Assembly: GCA_024704765.1 (NCBI GenBank)
Contig: JAKMXF010000297.1
Span: 62,001 to 126,000 of the forward strand
Source of the DNA: Oopsacas minuta
Taxonomy: Eukaryota; Animalia; Porifera
Direction: 5' to 3'
Length of the DNA stretch: 64,000 nucleotides
The translations under genes and the position numbers were made by a program. Below are positions 43,797 through 56,119 of the stretch, in pieces (within the stretch, counting starts at the first letter, position 1; each line of letters begins with the position of its first letter). Below the pieces are notes generated by a model. It saw only the letters and a program-made list of their open reading frames with translations. It made no database searches and was not told the DNA's origin.

Positions 43797-46700
43797 ATGT
43801 CCACTTCAGAAAATTGCTCACAACTTTCACAGACTCTTCCCAAGTCTAACGGAACTCAAACACAAGAAAAAATCTTATCGAAAGATGGCGAACTTATACA
43901 AAATGCTAATAATTTCGTAGATGACTTAGATAATGAAAATTCTCCTTTTGATAATGCATCCCAGAATGAAATGAGTGTTACTCAGCAATCTGACTTGCTA
44001 AATTCAAATTTTTCTTTCCAATCCTCCAGTCTTCCTAACAATAGTCTCACCTCTGTAGACATGACTCATGATGCCCACACCATTGATTTGCCCCCTTCCT
44101 CTCCTGATACTCTCTCACAGGACAGTCAGGAGAATGACAAAGATATTGAGGTTACTTCTAATATATTTATTTTCACTTGTAACCAATTTATATTTGAATT
44201 TATACCTTAGGAGTTTCTTGATACGTTCTATCCTGAACCCACTTCATCTCCCAATGTTCCAGATCATGACACAAACTCATTACACGAAATTTCTGATGTT
44301 GAAGATTCGTCAGATCAAGCAGACTCAACTGAGTTCGAAATGGACGAATCTAATTACCGTTATGGGTTGAATTCCTTTGAACAGCTCCCATTCGCTAAGT
44401 GAGTTTGTGAAAACTAGATATATTGTTTGTATTTATTTGGCATCAGATGAGTAATCATCTAATTTGAAATTCATAATTCTCCTTCAGTTACATGTTGACT
44501 GCCCACGATCAGCTTCGTCTCTGTCTGGACAAGAATCTCCAATATCAGGCTTGGATAAAACATCAGCTGCAACTAATCGAGTATGTAGAGATGAAGTTGA
44601 GAGAAGATCAGGAGAAGCTACAGACTCTAGCTAAGAACGCTACAAAGGGCACTCGTGCTCAAGCAAAGAATATGATTACTCTTAGGAAATTCTTTCCATA
44701 TTTCAGGTACTTCTAGCTTCATTTAATCTTGTTTTATACTCATTTCTGAGGACTATTTTACAAAATATGTAAATAGAGACCAGAATGGATTACCTCCTCC
44801 AGTCGATAAATCTGCTATAAAGAATGAAGCTCATCAGTACGGACTATATGATAAACCTGCTTCTAAATGGACAGATAAGGAGCGGCAGGATCTGGCTAAA
44901 GGAGTGCGTATGCAGAATTTAGAGGCTCTGTGTAGACCTATGCTATTGGAGCTTGAGAATGTGACAGAGCCTCGTGGTAGAGAGATAAAGCGAGAAATTG
45001 AAATGATAAAGAGAAAACCAGATAATGAGCTAGAGTTGAATTTAGATGGAATTGAGTGGGATAAGTTGGCTATTGACATGACACCTAACAGGTAATATAT
45101 GGAAATTGATTAGACGTTATAATCTATACATAATTATCAATATATCTACAGACATCCAGTAGAATGTAAGCTACAATGGATACAGATAGACCACCCCATG
45201 GTGTCTCGCAAAAGCTGGAATAAGCAAGAAGACAAGGCTCTATTGAAACTGGCTAAGGAGAACAAGGAGAGAGATTGGAATACTATTGCTATGAGACTAA
45301 AGTCTAATCGTACTCCTGTACAGTGTCTGCAGAGATACCAAACAGCTCTCAATACAGAGCATGTTAAGAGGGAGTGGTCAGGAGATGATGATGAAAAGTT
45401 GAGGGAGGCAGTGGCGAAATGTGGTGTTGGAAACTGGCAGGAAGTAAGTAGCACTTGTTCTTGCGTTAGTTATTGCGTACACGTAATTGGTTTCATATAC
45501 TGGATTTTTAGTTATGAGCCAACCTTAGTTTGTGATTAATTCGTTACTCAGTAAATAATGCTACAGCTTTTTTAGAGAAATCCTGATATCCAGTAAGTAT
45601 GTATCTATATGTGTATTTATTATAGGTTGCTAATTATATGGGAAACAGCCATACAGGAGCTCAGTGCCTGAATAGATGGGACAAAACTATAAAACCAACA
45701 TTTCGTAAGGGAAAATGGACTGAAGAGGAGGACGACCTTCTCAAGAGAGGAGTGGACATGTATGGGATAGGAAATTGGAAGAAGATTGCTTCTATAGTGA
45801 CTAGTAGGACAGATGTACAATGTAGAGAGAGATGGGTTAACATCTTAGATCCCACGATAGACCATGGTATGTTTTGTAAATTTGTTGATATTATATTTCA
45901 TATAAAATTTGCGATAATTTCCTTCATTTACATTGGATTCATAACAAACACGATTTTTCATATTTCTGTACGTATACCCGACTACAATATTATTTGATTT
46001 ATCAGATTAATATCTTTATGTGTAAAATATTTCACATACAACTGAGTATTTATTTCGGAACTCTCAGAAACATTATACGATACTTATTGTATGTGATTTC
46101 TTACGAAGCCATCTGTATAAGATATTTCAATTATAATATTCACCATTATGATAGTAGTAGTAGTAAATTGTAGTTCTGTTGTAATGAAATCTTCATTGGG
46201 TTCTGGATTCCATCCTCAATGTGTGTCATCACCTGTCACAAATGAAGGACAATTCCGTCTATTAATCCCACCAGATATCACTAATACTCCTAATACTTCT
46301 AGAGAAATATTATTAGACATTACAACTACTAATACTCCATCTGTTTTTGATGTGTCTAATTTGGATGCTAAGTTTTTGGAAGATTTTCTAAACTTCTCTC
46401 AAGAATTCAAAAGGGAGGTTTCTCATACGTCACAGATTCAAATATGTGGCTTCGGAAAACGATTATCTTTTTTAGCATCTCAGGATTTGATAAGTGATCT
46501 CCTGAAGCTATCCAACTGGTCTCTTCCTCCTACAGTCCTTGAGGCGTATAAGAATATAGGTATAGAGTGTATGTTCCGTTGGCAAGTGGAGTGCCTCATG
46601 AAACAGGACGTCCTTATCGGTCGTAATTTAATATACTCAGCTCCCACTAGCTCGGGTAAGACGCTAGTAGCTGAGATGTTAATCCTCAAGAGGATCCTTG

Positions 46701-49700
46701 AGGTTAAGAAGAAAGCTATCTATGTGCTACCATACATCAGTATTGTTAATGAGAAGGTTCATCATTTAAAGCAATTACTAAAAGGGTGTGGTCTCAGAGT
46801 TGGGGGGTTTATGGGTGGTTCTACCCCTAGAGGAGGATTTCCTGATATAGACATAGCTGTATGTACGATTGAGAAAGCGAATAGTTTAGTAAATCGACTC
46901 ATTGAGGAGAGAACTCTCAAGGAAGAAGTGTGTATTATAGTAGTAGATGAGATTCATATGGTTAGTGATCTACACAGAGGGTATCTGTTAGAACTACTGC
47001 TTACAAAGGTAAAGTACGTCACTCACTGTCCTGATTCATCACAACTACACAACCCTCTACAGATTGTAGGAATGAGTGCTACACTCCCCAATTTAGATAC
47101 TCTCTCAAAATGGCTATCAGCTGAGTTCTACTCAGCTGATTTCAGACCTGTTGAACTTAAAGAAATGATTCTATGTAATAATGTGCTGTATGATACAACC
47201 CTGACACCTATCCGGACGCTACCCACTCCTCCTGGTATTTCAGAGAATATCATTCATCTCTGTAGCGAGACTCTACTGGCTGGACATTCTCTACTAATCT
47301 TTTGTAGAACTAAGAAATGGTGCGAGACCATGTGTAATAATATTAGGAAATTCATAGAGAAAAATCCTAAACAATTCGGTATTGATTTGCCTGATAAGGC
47401 ACAGGCTAACAGTATATATCAAATGTTAATTGAGAGCTGTATACAGCCAGACCCCGTGTTAGTCCACTGCCTCCCCTATCGAGTTGGATTCCATCATGCC
47501 GGTCTCACCATTCAAGAGAGGGAAATCATAGAAGGTGCATTCAGTTCTGGAACTTTAAGAATCCTGACTGCTACGTCTACTCTTTCCTCAGGAGTTAATC
47601 TCCCAGCTAGGAGAGTTATTATTCGCTCTCTCACTCAGATAGGAAATAAGGTTATAGAACCTGTAACATACCGGCAAATGTGTGGTCGTGCCGGTAGAAC
47701 TGGACTAGATGACTACGGAGAATCAATCCTTGTATGTGGACCAGGAGAGATGGAGAAAGCACGTGCTCTACTAAACGCAACCTTAAAACCAGTCCAGAGC
47801 TGTCTGAACACTAACACAGACGTGTTTCAGCACTACGGAGTTAAACGAGCTCTTCTTGAGGTTATATCCTGCGGAATTGTACGGAGTAGATCAGAAGCTC
47901 AGGTTTATATCCGACACACCCTATTAGCCACTACCTTGGAGAGTACAATTCTTGAACGAATTGTAAATGAGTGTTTTAAGTTTCTCCTGGACTGTATATT
48001 TATCGAATACAAGCAGAGCTCCCATTCGTTAACAAAGAGTGATTTCGAAGAAGTTGCTCCCACTCAGCTAGGTTCAGCTACCCTTTCCTCATCTCTCTCC
48101 CCTGACGAGGCTCTCTTCGTTATTGACGAGATTAACAGAGCCAGACAGTGCTTCGTGCTTGAGAACGATCTCCACATGGTGTATCTAGTTACGCCAATCT
48201 GTCTTCGGGAACTTTGGTCAGAAGGAGAGCCTAAATGGAAAGAGTACATGAACATGATTGGGAAGTTAGAGAGAGACATGAAGAGTGTTGCTGATAAGGT
48301 TGGAATAAGTGATGGATATATTACAAGTTGTATTACACATGGAGCAAGGTTAGAGACTGATAAAGATAGAAAGTTACTAGCTATACATAGAAGATTCAGG
48401 GCTGCGCTAGCTTTGAATGAGTTAGTACGAGAAGTCCATCTTCATGATGTTGCTAAGAAGTTTGATCTACCTAAAGGTCAGCTGCAGAGTCTTCAAATAT
48501 CAGCTGGAACATTTGCAGGAATGGTAACTGTATTCTGTAGGAAATTAGGTTTTAAGAATATTGAACTTCTTATTTCACAATTACAAACCAGACTTGAATT
48601 TGGTATAGAACAAGAGCTAAATGAGTTGGTGAGGATATCTCTTCTCAATGGATACAGGGCCCGGGCTCTCTACACAGCTGGTTTTCATAATCTAGTCCTA
48701 ATAGCAGCAGCTGGAGTTGAGCTAATATCCAAAACTCTGAGAGATGCTCATCCATTCCATCGTAATGAACCTAGTGATAATCGCAAGAATTGGATATCAG
48801 CTCTCAGACAGGGACTGACTGTAAGAGAGATAGCAGCTGAGGTAGTTGAGGAAGCTAAACAGCTGTTAGAACAAAGCAGAGTGCTACCTGTTTGTCCAGA
48901 CTCACCTCCTGCTCCATCTCAACCTCTCAGCTCAGTAATTACTCCTGTTAACAAGCAGCTGATGTCTTCTAACTCTAACATACACTTTAGAAGGGTTACA
49001 GGTGATAACTTGCATAGATCTATTCGTAAACCTCTCTTCCTTTCTCCTACCGATACCGATACCGAGACCGAGACCGAGACCTCACCTCCTAAACGAATTA
49101 GACAAGATACTACTATGAACTCAGAGAATTTTCCTGAAGATCCTCTGTTACAAGTACGTAAGATTACTACTACAGATCCTGTAACATCTCTTAATGACTC
49201 ACAACACCAACATATCTCAAATCAAAATCAACGACCAATCTTATCAGAGATCAGCGATACTATTCCATTAGAATCTGGGTCTATTGAATTCAATCATATT
49301 AAGACAACAGATAATAGTTCACAGATAAACTCTATGAGCCAATTAGTCCCCAGTTCCTTCCAGGATGCTGATGGCTTTCTGAAAAGATTTGAATCCTCGC
49401 AAAATTCTGTGATGGATGTCAGTCCTCCTCCCTCTGAGCACCTGATCAAACCTCAGCCTGCGGAACCAATACCAGCTGATTCACCAAAATTACTTTCTCC
49501 CAGTCTGGAGGAGGATCGCGAGGAGTCTATTGATTTTGTTCTCACCTACTCTCCTACACAGAGCCCCTTCGCCTCTCCTAAATCCATCTCTTCCCCGAAT
49601 ATCCCAGCTAAGCCAGTCGTCTCTACTTCATCTCTCTCCTACAATGACTTCCTATATCATTCATTATTTGATAACACAACCCTATCCTTAGATAAAAAGA

Positions 49701-52700
49701 TTGGTATATCAAATGCTACACAGTATTCAGCTCCCCTCCTTACACCTGATGAGTGGATTTCTGATAAGAAACAAGAATCAAACAGAATTACTTTCTCACA
49801 AATACAAAAACCTATAGACTTAGATGTTGATACAATACTCAGAATAAATATAACTCCCAACAGTGATGAATTCCATAAACTAGAAGAGAAGTGTTCATCT
49901 TATCATTTTAGTTTTTCTTTATCAATCAAAAGTTCTAATCTCTTCTCCAGTAAGATAGCATCATCTCCAGTAGCTCCTGACCTTCTGCATGGTATAGCGT
50001 TATACTTCGGAGGTAATGAAGTATTCTATATAGATCAATCACCTCCCATTCCTCTCATTGAATCCGAATCTCTAGCTACTTCTCTCTCTATTCTATCTCT
50101 TCTTAAACCTCCTACCTGTCTTGTAGCTTGGGGGATAAAATCTAAATTACTTACTCTCCTGAAGTGTAATATAAGAATTAATGCATTACTAGCTGATCCA
50201 CAAGTTGCTATTTGGCTACTAAACCCTGAATCTGATATCCTCGCGTTCTCTAAACACTTCTCTGTAATCTGTTCCTATCCATACAGTTCTTCCTCTTGGT
50301 TAGATAGACTTGATTATGGTACACGGACACTAAATACTTGTAGTCAAGCTATATTATCACTGTTACTTATGCAAGAACTTGAGGTTAGGTTGAGACAGGA
50401 GAATATATACCAAGTATTTCTATACAATGAGATGCCAGCTGTTGCTAATTTCGCTATTCTAGAGGTTAACGGGATGTGTCTAGATTCATTTATTTTGGAG
50501 CAAAACTCGGTTCAAATTGAGAATGAATTAAAATTGCTTTCACAAAAGGCTCAGCGACTAGTCGGTGATAATTTTGATTTGTCTCGAGAATCAGAAGTAG
50601 CCAGGATTTTATTTACAAGTTTAAAACTTCCTATTCCCAGTTCTCATAAGCCAGTTAACAAGTCTTCTAGTCCTCGCAGGAACAAACATCCCAGCACTTC
50701 AAGAGACGTATTGCTTGAGCTGACAGACAAACATCCTGTAGTTAATGTCATAATGGCTCACAGGAGACAAAATTACTCTCTCAATAGATGTTTGTATCCC
50801 CTCAAAAAAGCTCTTATAAATAATAGAAACACAGGTATGTGTAGAGTATACCCTAAGAGTAATTACCATACTGTAACAGGGAGAGTTACTCTTGAAGATC
50901 CAGATCTACAACATACTCCAAAAGACTTTGACGTACCTGACTCTATTTCAAACAATAACGTATCTCTGAGTATGAGAAGCACATTCACTGCTAATCCAGG
51001 ATATGTTCTCATATCCGCAGACTTTTCACAGTTAGAACTCAGGATATTAACTCATTTATGCAGAGATCCAACTCTTGTAGCTATATTCTCATCTTCAGGA
51101 GATATCTTCAAGCTCATCGCCTCCAGTTTCTACAAGGTATTATCTTCTAAGGTATCTGACACACAGAGATTCAACGCTAAACAAATATGTTATGGTATTG
51201 TCTATGGAATGGGTTGTGTAACTTTAGCAAAGAAAATGAACATACCAGTTGATGAGGCTACCAAACTAATTTCAAGCTTCAAAGATCGTTTCAAAGAGAT
51301 TGATACTTTCATGGAAAAGCTTGTAAATAATTGTAAAGAGTTAGGCTATGTAGAATCTATATTGGGAAGAAAGAGATATATTAAAAACTTAAATAGTAAA
51401 TCCTCATATGATTCTGGTGAAGCTAGAAGGAGAGCAATTAATACCAAGATCCAATCCTCAGCTTCAGATCTCGTTAAACTCGGTCTTAACAATATTTTCA
51501 AAGAGTTACACAACCAGAATATCGGTACAACGTTATCCCGTGATGGTATTAAAAGGGGAGAAGTACTCTTCTGTAACTTTCTACATGATGAATTAATATT
51601 TGAGGTTTCAGAGCATCTAGTGCATAGAGCTGGAGACTTAATACAACGCTCATTAGCTAATGTTATAAAACTTGAACTTCCCCTTCCTGTAGTTGTCAAA
51701 TACGGAACATCTTGGGGGAAGTTAGTCCGTCTTGACTGACTGATTATTTTATAGTTGAATTGTTGAATTATACCCCTGGGGTAGCGCTATGCCATTATTC
51801 TATAATCTGTATAAATGTATGATGTATGTATATGAATCAATTATCAAATTCTAACTTGTCTGTATGTATTATTTGTAGGAGATTATCTAATTCAGATTGT
51901 TTAAATAGGCCTGAATTCAAATAATTTATTATGCATTGAATTTGCACTACAAAGATATCTTTGATTAATATGTGTTGTATTTGTTAGGTAAATGGACACG
52001 AGAGGAAGATGAGATTCTATTACGATTTGTTGCTAAGTTTGGTCCTGGTAAATGGTCTCAGCTAGCCTCAGTTATGGGTTCACGTACTGACAACATGGTG
52101 ATGAGACGATGGGAGAAACTCAACAAGCCCGGTGTGGTAGCTAAGTACAGACTTCTACGGCTAAAAGCTAAATTCGCTAGAGGAGCTGACAGCAAAGTTA
52201 AAGCTACTCTAGAGCCAGAAGATCTTGACATTAGTATTCTCCCTGAGAAAGCTAGAGAGAAGGTTAGAAGGATTAAGCGATCAGCTGGTAAAATACGAAG
52301 ACACAGCTCAAGGACTGCATATGATTGTCCATATGAGAAGGATAGACCTTACGCTAAACCGATACGCCCTACTAAGAAATATGCTACTCTAGGTCGCCCC
52401 AAAGGATCGAAATCTCGTCTCATATTCAGGGAGAGTGATACGGATGTACTAGGCTCTGACATTTCTATTCTTGAGGGAGAAGTAGTGCAATTTACAGATG
52501 GTATGTGAATACTATTTGAATTTCCGTTTAAGTTTTGTATTAATTTTACTAATATTACAGGTAAGGTACCTATTAAGAAATCAAAGCTACGTCGCAAGAG
52601 GAGGAATCCTGATGTAGACACAGACTCTAGTGACACTGGTGAGGACAGAGGCCGTACTAAACCTACAAAGAAGCGACATAGACGACAAGATGGAGAGGTC

Positions 52701-53699
52701 ATAGTAGATGGGAGTGACGCTGATATCTCCTGCTCTGATGATGACGCTCCTTACAAGCGGGGAGATGGAACTGGTCTAGGGGGACTTTCCTCCTTCCTCA
52801 GCTTCCTGCCGCTCAGAGGGGACACGATGGAGTTATTTGGACCCAACTTCCCTCGCTGGGACTACCAGACTCGACCTAATTTCCCAGTAATCCCACATAA
52901 ACCGAAAGGTAAGTTACTATTCTATACAACTATTTATAATCAAATAATTCAATGCATACCATCTTCATGTTTGGAATGTAGGCAAGCAGAGGGGTAGACC
53001 GCGTGAAACTTTCTGGGACAAGACATTCCCTTCATTCCAGGAGAGTCAAACAAATAAGAGATCTCTACCAATAGATGACCCTACTCTAGAAGCTGAGATA
53101 GCTCAATACATGTCCTCTCATGCTCCTAACCCCATAATTAGTCCTCATCCTCCTGTACCTGTACCTCTTCATCTACCTATACCATCTCTTCCCTATGTGC
53201 ACAGTAACACCTGCTCTCTCCCTTCCCTCCCTTCTTTACATACTCCTTCTACAACTGAGCCGCCCACTCCTACTACACCTGTACTCTCTAACTTGTCTAA
53301 ACTAACTCTACTCGCTAAACAAGCTCTAGAAACATACGAGAAGAAAGGTAACTTATCGTAAATACTATTTTATTGAATTTATTTACTCTATTCTTTCTAG
53401 ATAAACAGGATGTTGCTAAAGATAAGACTTGTGTAAAATCTCCCAATGAATCAGGATCTTTTCCTTTCTTGTCTCCCTCCAGAAAGGAGGATCTAGGACA
53501 TATATCAGAGCGTAATCTCACAGAGGGAGAGCTACAAACTCTACAGTCCGGAGACAACATTCCAGCCATGGCCTCTGTTATCGCGAGACGGAAATCTGTT
53601 CCTAAGACAAAAACTAGTCGCTTCAGGGCTAAGAAAGCTCTGAAGAGATCCAGTAAGAGGATATCAAAACAGAAAGCTAAGCGAGCTAAGATTTGTTAA
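43797..53699 (+). CDS. SNAPC4: snRNA-activating protein complex subunit 4 (SNAP190); 10 exons: 43797..44150, 44211..44398, 44488..44706, 44777..45091, 45152..45443, 45626..45866, 51988..52500, 52561..52908, 52982..53347, 53401..53699
   Basis: FFPYFRDQNGLPPP motif, then a half repeat and four Myb repeats (SWNKQED, EWSGDDD, KWTEEED, KWTREED). Junctions are GT-AG and phase-compatible, including the phase-1 intron 45867..51987. Confidence 0.88.
46148..51739 (+). CDS. POLQ: DNA polymerase theta (helicase plus family-A polymerase), intronless, nested in SNAPC4 intron 6; start may be ATG 46184
   Basis: SF2 motifs APTSSGKT, DEIH, MSAT, HHAGLT, QMCGRAGR; S/P-rich central linker; Pol A motifs ADFSQLELRIL, AKQICYGIVYGMG, LHDELIFE. 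Confidence 0.96.
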   Translation: MIVVVVNCSSVVMKSSLGSGFHPQCVSSPVTNEGQFRLLIPPDITNTPNTSREILLDITTTNTPSVFDVSNLDAKFLEDFLNFSQEFKREVSHTSQIQICGFGKRLSFLASQDLISDLLKLSNWSLPPTVLEAYKNIGIECMFRWQVECLMKQDVLIGRNLIYSAPTSSGKTLVAEMLILKRILEVKKKAIYVLPYISIVNEKVHHLKQLLKGCGLRVGGFMGGSTPRGGFPDIDIAVCTIEKANSLVNRLIEERTLKEEVCIIVVDEIHMVSDLHRGYLLELLLTKVKYVTHCPDSSQLHNPLQIVGMSATLPNLDTLSKWLSAEFYSADFRPVELKEMILCNNVLYDTTLTPIRTLPTPPGISENIIHLCSETLLAGHSLLIFCRTKKWCETMCNNIRKFIEKNPKQFGIDLPDKAQANSIYQMLIESCIQPDPVLVHCLPYRVGFHHAGLTIQEREIIEGAFSSGTLRILTATSTLSSGVNLPARRVIIRSLTQIGNKVIEPVTYRQMCGRAGRTGLDDYGESILVCGPGEMEKARALLNATLKPVQSCLNTNTDVFQHYGVKRALLEVISCGIVRSRSEAQVYIRHTLLATTLESTILERIVNECFKFLLDCIFIEYKQSSHSLTKSDFEEVAPTQLGSATLSSSLSPDEALFVIDEINRARQCFVLENDLHMVYLVTPICLRELWSEGEPKWKEYMNMIGKLERDMKSVADKVGISDGYITSCITHGARLETDKDRKLLAIHRRFRAALALNELVREVHLHDVAKKFDLPKGQLQSLQISAGTFAGMVTVFCRKLGFKNIELLISQLQTRLEFGIEQELNELVRISLLNGYRARALYTAGFHNLVLIAAAGVELISKTLRDAHPFHRNEPSDNRKNWISALRQGLTVREIAAEVVEEAKQLLEQSRVLPVCPDSPPAPSQPLSSVITPVNKQLMSSNSNIHFRRVTGDNLHRSIRKPLFLSPTDTDTETETETSPPKRIRQDTTMNSENFPEDPLLQVRKITTTDPVTSLNDSQHQHISNQNQRPILSEISDTIPLESGSIEFNHIKTTDNSSQINSMSQLVPSSFQDADGFLKRFESSQNSVMDVSPPPSEHLIKPQPAEPIPADSPKLLSPSLEEDREESIDFVLTYSPTQSPFASPKSISSPNIPAKPVVSTSSLSYNDFLYHSLFDNTTLSLDKKIGISNATQYSAPLLTPDEWISDKKQESNRITFSQIQKPIDLDVDTILRINITPNSDEFHKLEEKCSSYHFSFSLSIKSSNLFSSKIASSPVAPDLLHGIALYFGGNEVFYIDQSPPIPLIESESLATSLSILSLLKPPTCLVAWGIKSKLLTLLKCNIRINALLADPQVAIWLLNPESDILAFSKHFSVICSYPYSSSSWLDRLDYGTRTLNTCSQAILSLLLMQELEVRLRQENIYQVFLYNEMPAVANFAILEVNGMCLDSFILEQNSVQIENELKLLSQKAQRLVGDNFDLSRESEVARILFTSLKLPIPSSHKPVNKSSSPRRNKHPSTSRDVLLELTDKHPVVNVIMAHRRQNYSLNRCLYPLKKALINNRNTGMCRVYPKSNYHTVTGRVTLEDPDLQHTPKDFDVPDSISNNNVSLSMRSTFTANPGYVLISADFSQLELRILTHLCRDPTLVAIFSSSGDIFKLIASSFYKVLSSKVSDTQRFNAKQICYGIVYGMGCVTLAKKMNIPVDEATKLISSFKDRFKEIDTFMEKLVNNCKELGYVESILGRKRYIKNLNSKSSYDSGEARRRAINTKIQSSASDLVKLGLNNIFKELHNQNIGTTLSRDGIKRGEVLFCNFLHDELIFEVSEHLVHRAGDLIQRSLANVIKLELPLPVVVKYGTSWGKLVRLD

Positions 53700-54068
53700 T
53701 TAGTTTAATTACTGAATTTACTATAACTTCCTATCTTCACTTTCTAGCCTCAACTTACACTTTCCCCCATCTTAGATTGTCTTTCTACTACACATAGCCT
53801 GTTTGTGGTAGCAAGATTTCTATTTGAAATTAAGTCTTTACTTTTACAAGTGCATTTGATCATTCTTTAGTTTTCTATTACTTATTCCTTGTACGATATG
53901 TTCAATTGCTTTTCTCTATAATTTTCTACTTTCTTCTATTTCTATTCTGTATAGAAATATCTATGTTTATATTATTGCAATGAGAGTAATGGGGGAGGGT
54001 ATGAACATGTCAGTGATTCATATACTTTTACAATTTCCTCTTACATCAATTAGCTTTATATTTGTATT

Positions 54069-54311
54069 ATGGCTGAACCTAACTGTGCTGCCGCCCCTCT
54101 TCCTCCTCCCACTCTCCCCAACCCCCCACCCTCTCTACAAACTCCTAACACGAGGAAAGTCCACAGGTTGAATTACATGCAGAAGTTTATGAGTCCTACT
54201 GACGCTATTACTTCTCCTTGTTCTGATAAAGTTAAACATTTACAGGGAGTTAAAGTCGTTAAGCAATCTACCCTAGTAGAAGTGCCTGAAGCAAAGTCTC
54301 TACAGTTCTAA
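54069..54311 (+). CDS. Spo12-family-like microprotein, 80 aa
   Basis: FMSPTDAITSPCSDKV matches the Spo12/Bns1 signature F-x-SP(S/T)D-xxx-SPC(S/T)-x-K; proline-rich N-terminus. Confidence 0.65.
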   Translation: MAEPNCAAAPLPPPTLPNPPPSLQTPNTRKVHRLNYMQKFMSPTDAITSPCSDKVKHLQGVKVVKQSTLVEVPEAKSLQF

Positions 54312-54899
54312 CCGTTAGCAACCCTTTCTCTTCCTGAGCCCTGAGCTGAGCCGAGTTGATTTACTACTGTACTTATTGATTTCTTGTTTGTGTTTATTAT
54401 CTTTCCAATAGTTTGGTTATCTGATGGATTCACTCGGTAATTCTAAGAAAACTATCTTTCGGTTTACTTTGTGTTCTTTATCTTAATGATGCAATAAGGG
54501 TAGCCTGAGTAGAAAATTTGATGAAAATCACTTATACCGTATTTCCCTGAATAAACGCCTACCCAAACTAGTCAATACAAATATAATTAAATGCCAGGAT
54601 TCACGTAATTTCACTAGTAACCAATTGGGATAGTCAAACTCCTAAAGTTGTTATTCTTAAAAATCAAGAAATTTTTAGACCAAAAGTGACCACAAAATAA
54701 ATATAACTTTGAAGGGACTATATAGTATACATAAATGTACTCGTTATACGAAAAACTTGTCAATTCAACTGCTTTCTTATTAACGAGAATATATCGTAAG
54801 TAAATGGACAAAGAATACAATTAGAAAATCGTTATAGAAATGAAATATTTCAATCGCTAATTGATATATTATAAATTTAAGTTTAAATTTATTATTAAG

Positions 54900-55756
54900 A
54901 TGGTCTCTAAGAGGATTGGCAGAGCATTTAGCAAACGATCTCGTGCTAATACTAACGACAGTCTTCTCCCTCCTCCTCCCACCCTCTCCCCACTATCAGC
55001 TAGTTACGATTTCGAGAGAGAAGTACAACTTGTTCAGCATGTAGAACAAGCCAGTAGAAAGCTATACAAGGATATGAAGAGGAGTTCTGAATCTGGATTT
55101 CAACCGAATAGACAGCTCTCCCGCATAGCACAAGATCTTAACACAACAAGCTACAGGTCTCGTAGCCTGAAAGGTCTTTGTGTAGACTTCAATAATCATG
55201 CATCTCAGTTGCAGGAAATGGGTAGAGAGTTGAGGGCAGCTGAAGAAGCGATGTTTGTAGAGCCTATGAAGAAGTTCCATAGAGTATTTCCTAATGTTAA
55301 TGCTGCTATCAAGTTAGTATTTATTAATAGTACCCAATTGGCATACATTCCATGTGATTATTTGTTTGTAGGAAGCGAGAGAGGAAACTAGAAGATTATG
55401 AGAAAACACAAGCTAAGTTGGATCGTCTAGCTGACTCCAATCTTAGATTTGACGCGACTAGCAGAGCTGTACAAATATCACGGATGGAGTTTGAACAATA
55501 CGAACAGAAGATAGCCAGAGATATGCCTTGGCTGTATGAGGAGCGTCTAGAGTACTTAGAACCGTGTGTAGATGCTGTTATACAATCACAACTAGCTCAT
55601 TACTCGGAATCTGCTAGATTAACACAGAATCTTGTGGGTCATCTGGATAATCAGAGTTTACAACTACCTGACACAGAATACAGAGCTTTGATGGATAAGC
55701 AACTCGCGAATTTTCGCACTCTATCTATCGTCTCTCCTAGCGGTATACTTAATTAA
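54900..55756 (+). CDS. BIN3: Bridging integrator 3 (N-BAR domain); exons 54900..55312 and 55372..55756
   Basis: DFEREVQLVQHVEQASRKLYKDMKR, FVEPMKKFHRVFPNVNAAIKKRERKLEDY and DMPWLYEERLEYLEPCVDAVIQSQ. Phase-2 intron 55313..55371. Confidence 0.9.
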
Positions 55757-56119
55757 GAAATACATATGTTTATACGATTTTAATTCATATTATTTTATTT
55801 GTATATATTTTTATTCGCATTATACGTTCAAGTATTGCTGCATGGAATAAACGTGTAACAACACAAGAACATCTCACCTGCTTTATTGTGAAACCCATTA
55901 GTCTACATATCTTACTATTTTGATTTCTTTATTCAGTATATTTCACTTCTAAGAGTTTTTGCAAATGAACTTCATATACGTTATTGGTCTTGGAAGACAA
56001 ATGTTAATATTATAATGTATGTAGTTAGAGATTAGGCATTGTCTGTTTAAGCTTAATAAGAATATAGACTAGACATATCTTAGTTAGTTAATAGTTTGTT
56101 ATTTGTTAAGACAATTTAG

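Noticed and set aside
43639-44370. ORFs 43639..43920 and 44068..44370
   Set aside because: Alternative frames overlapping SNAPC4 exons 1-2 and their intron.
49049-49081. (ACCGAT/ACCGAG)n repeat
   Set aside because: Simple coding microsatellite (TDTDTETETET) in the disordered POLQ linker.
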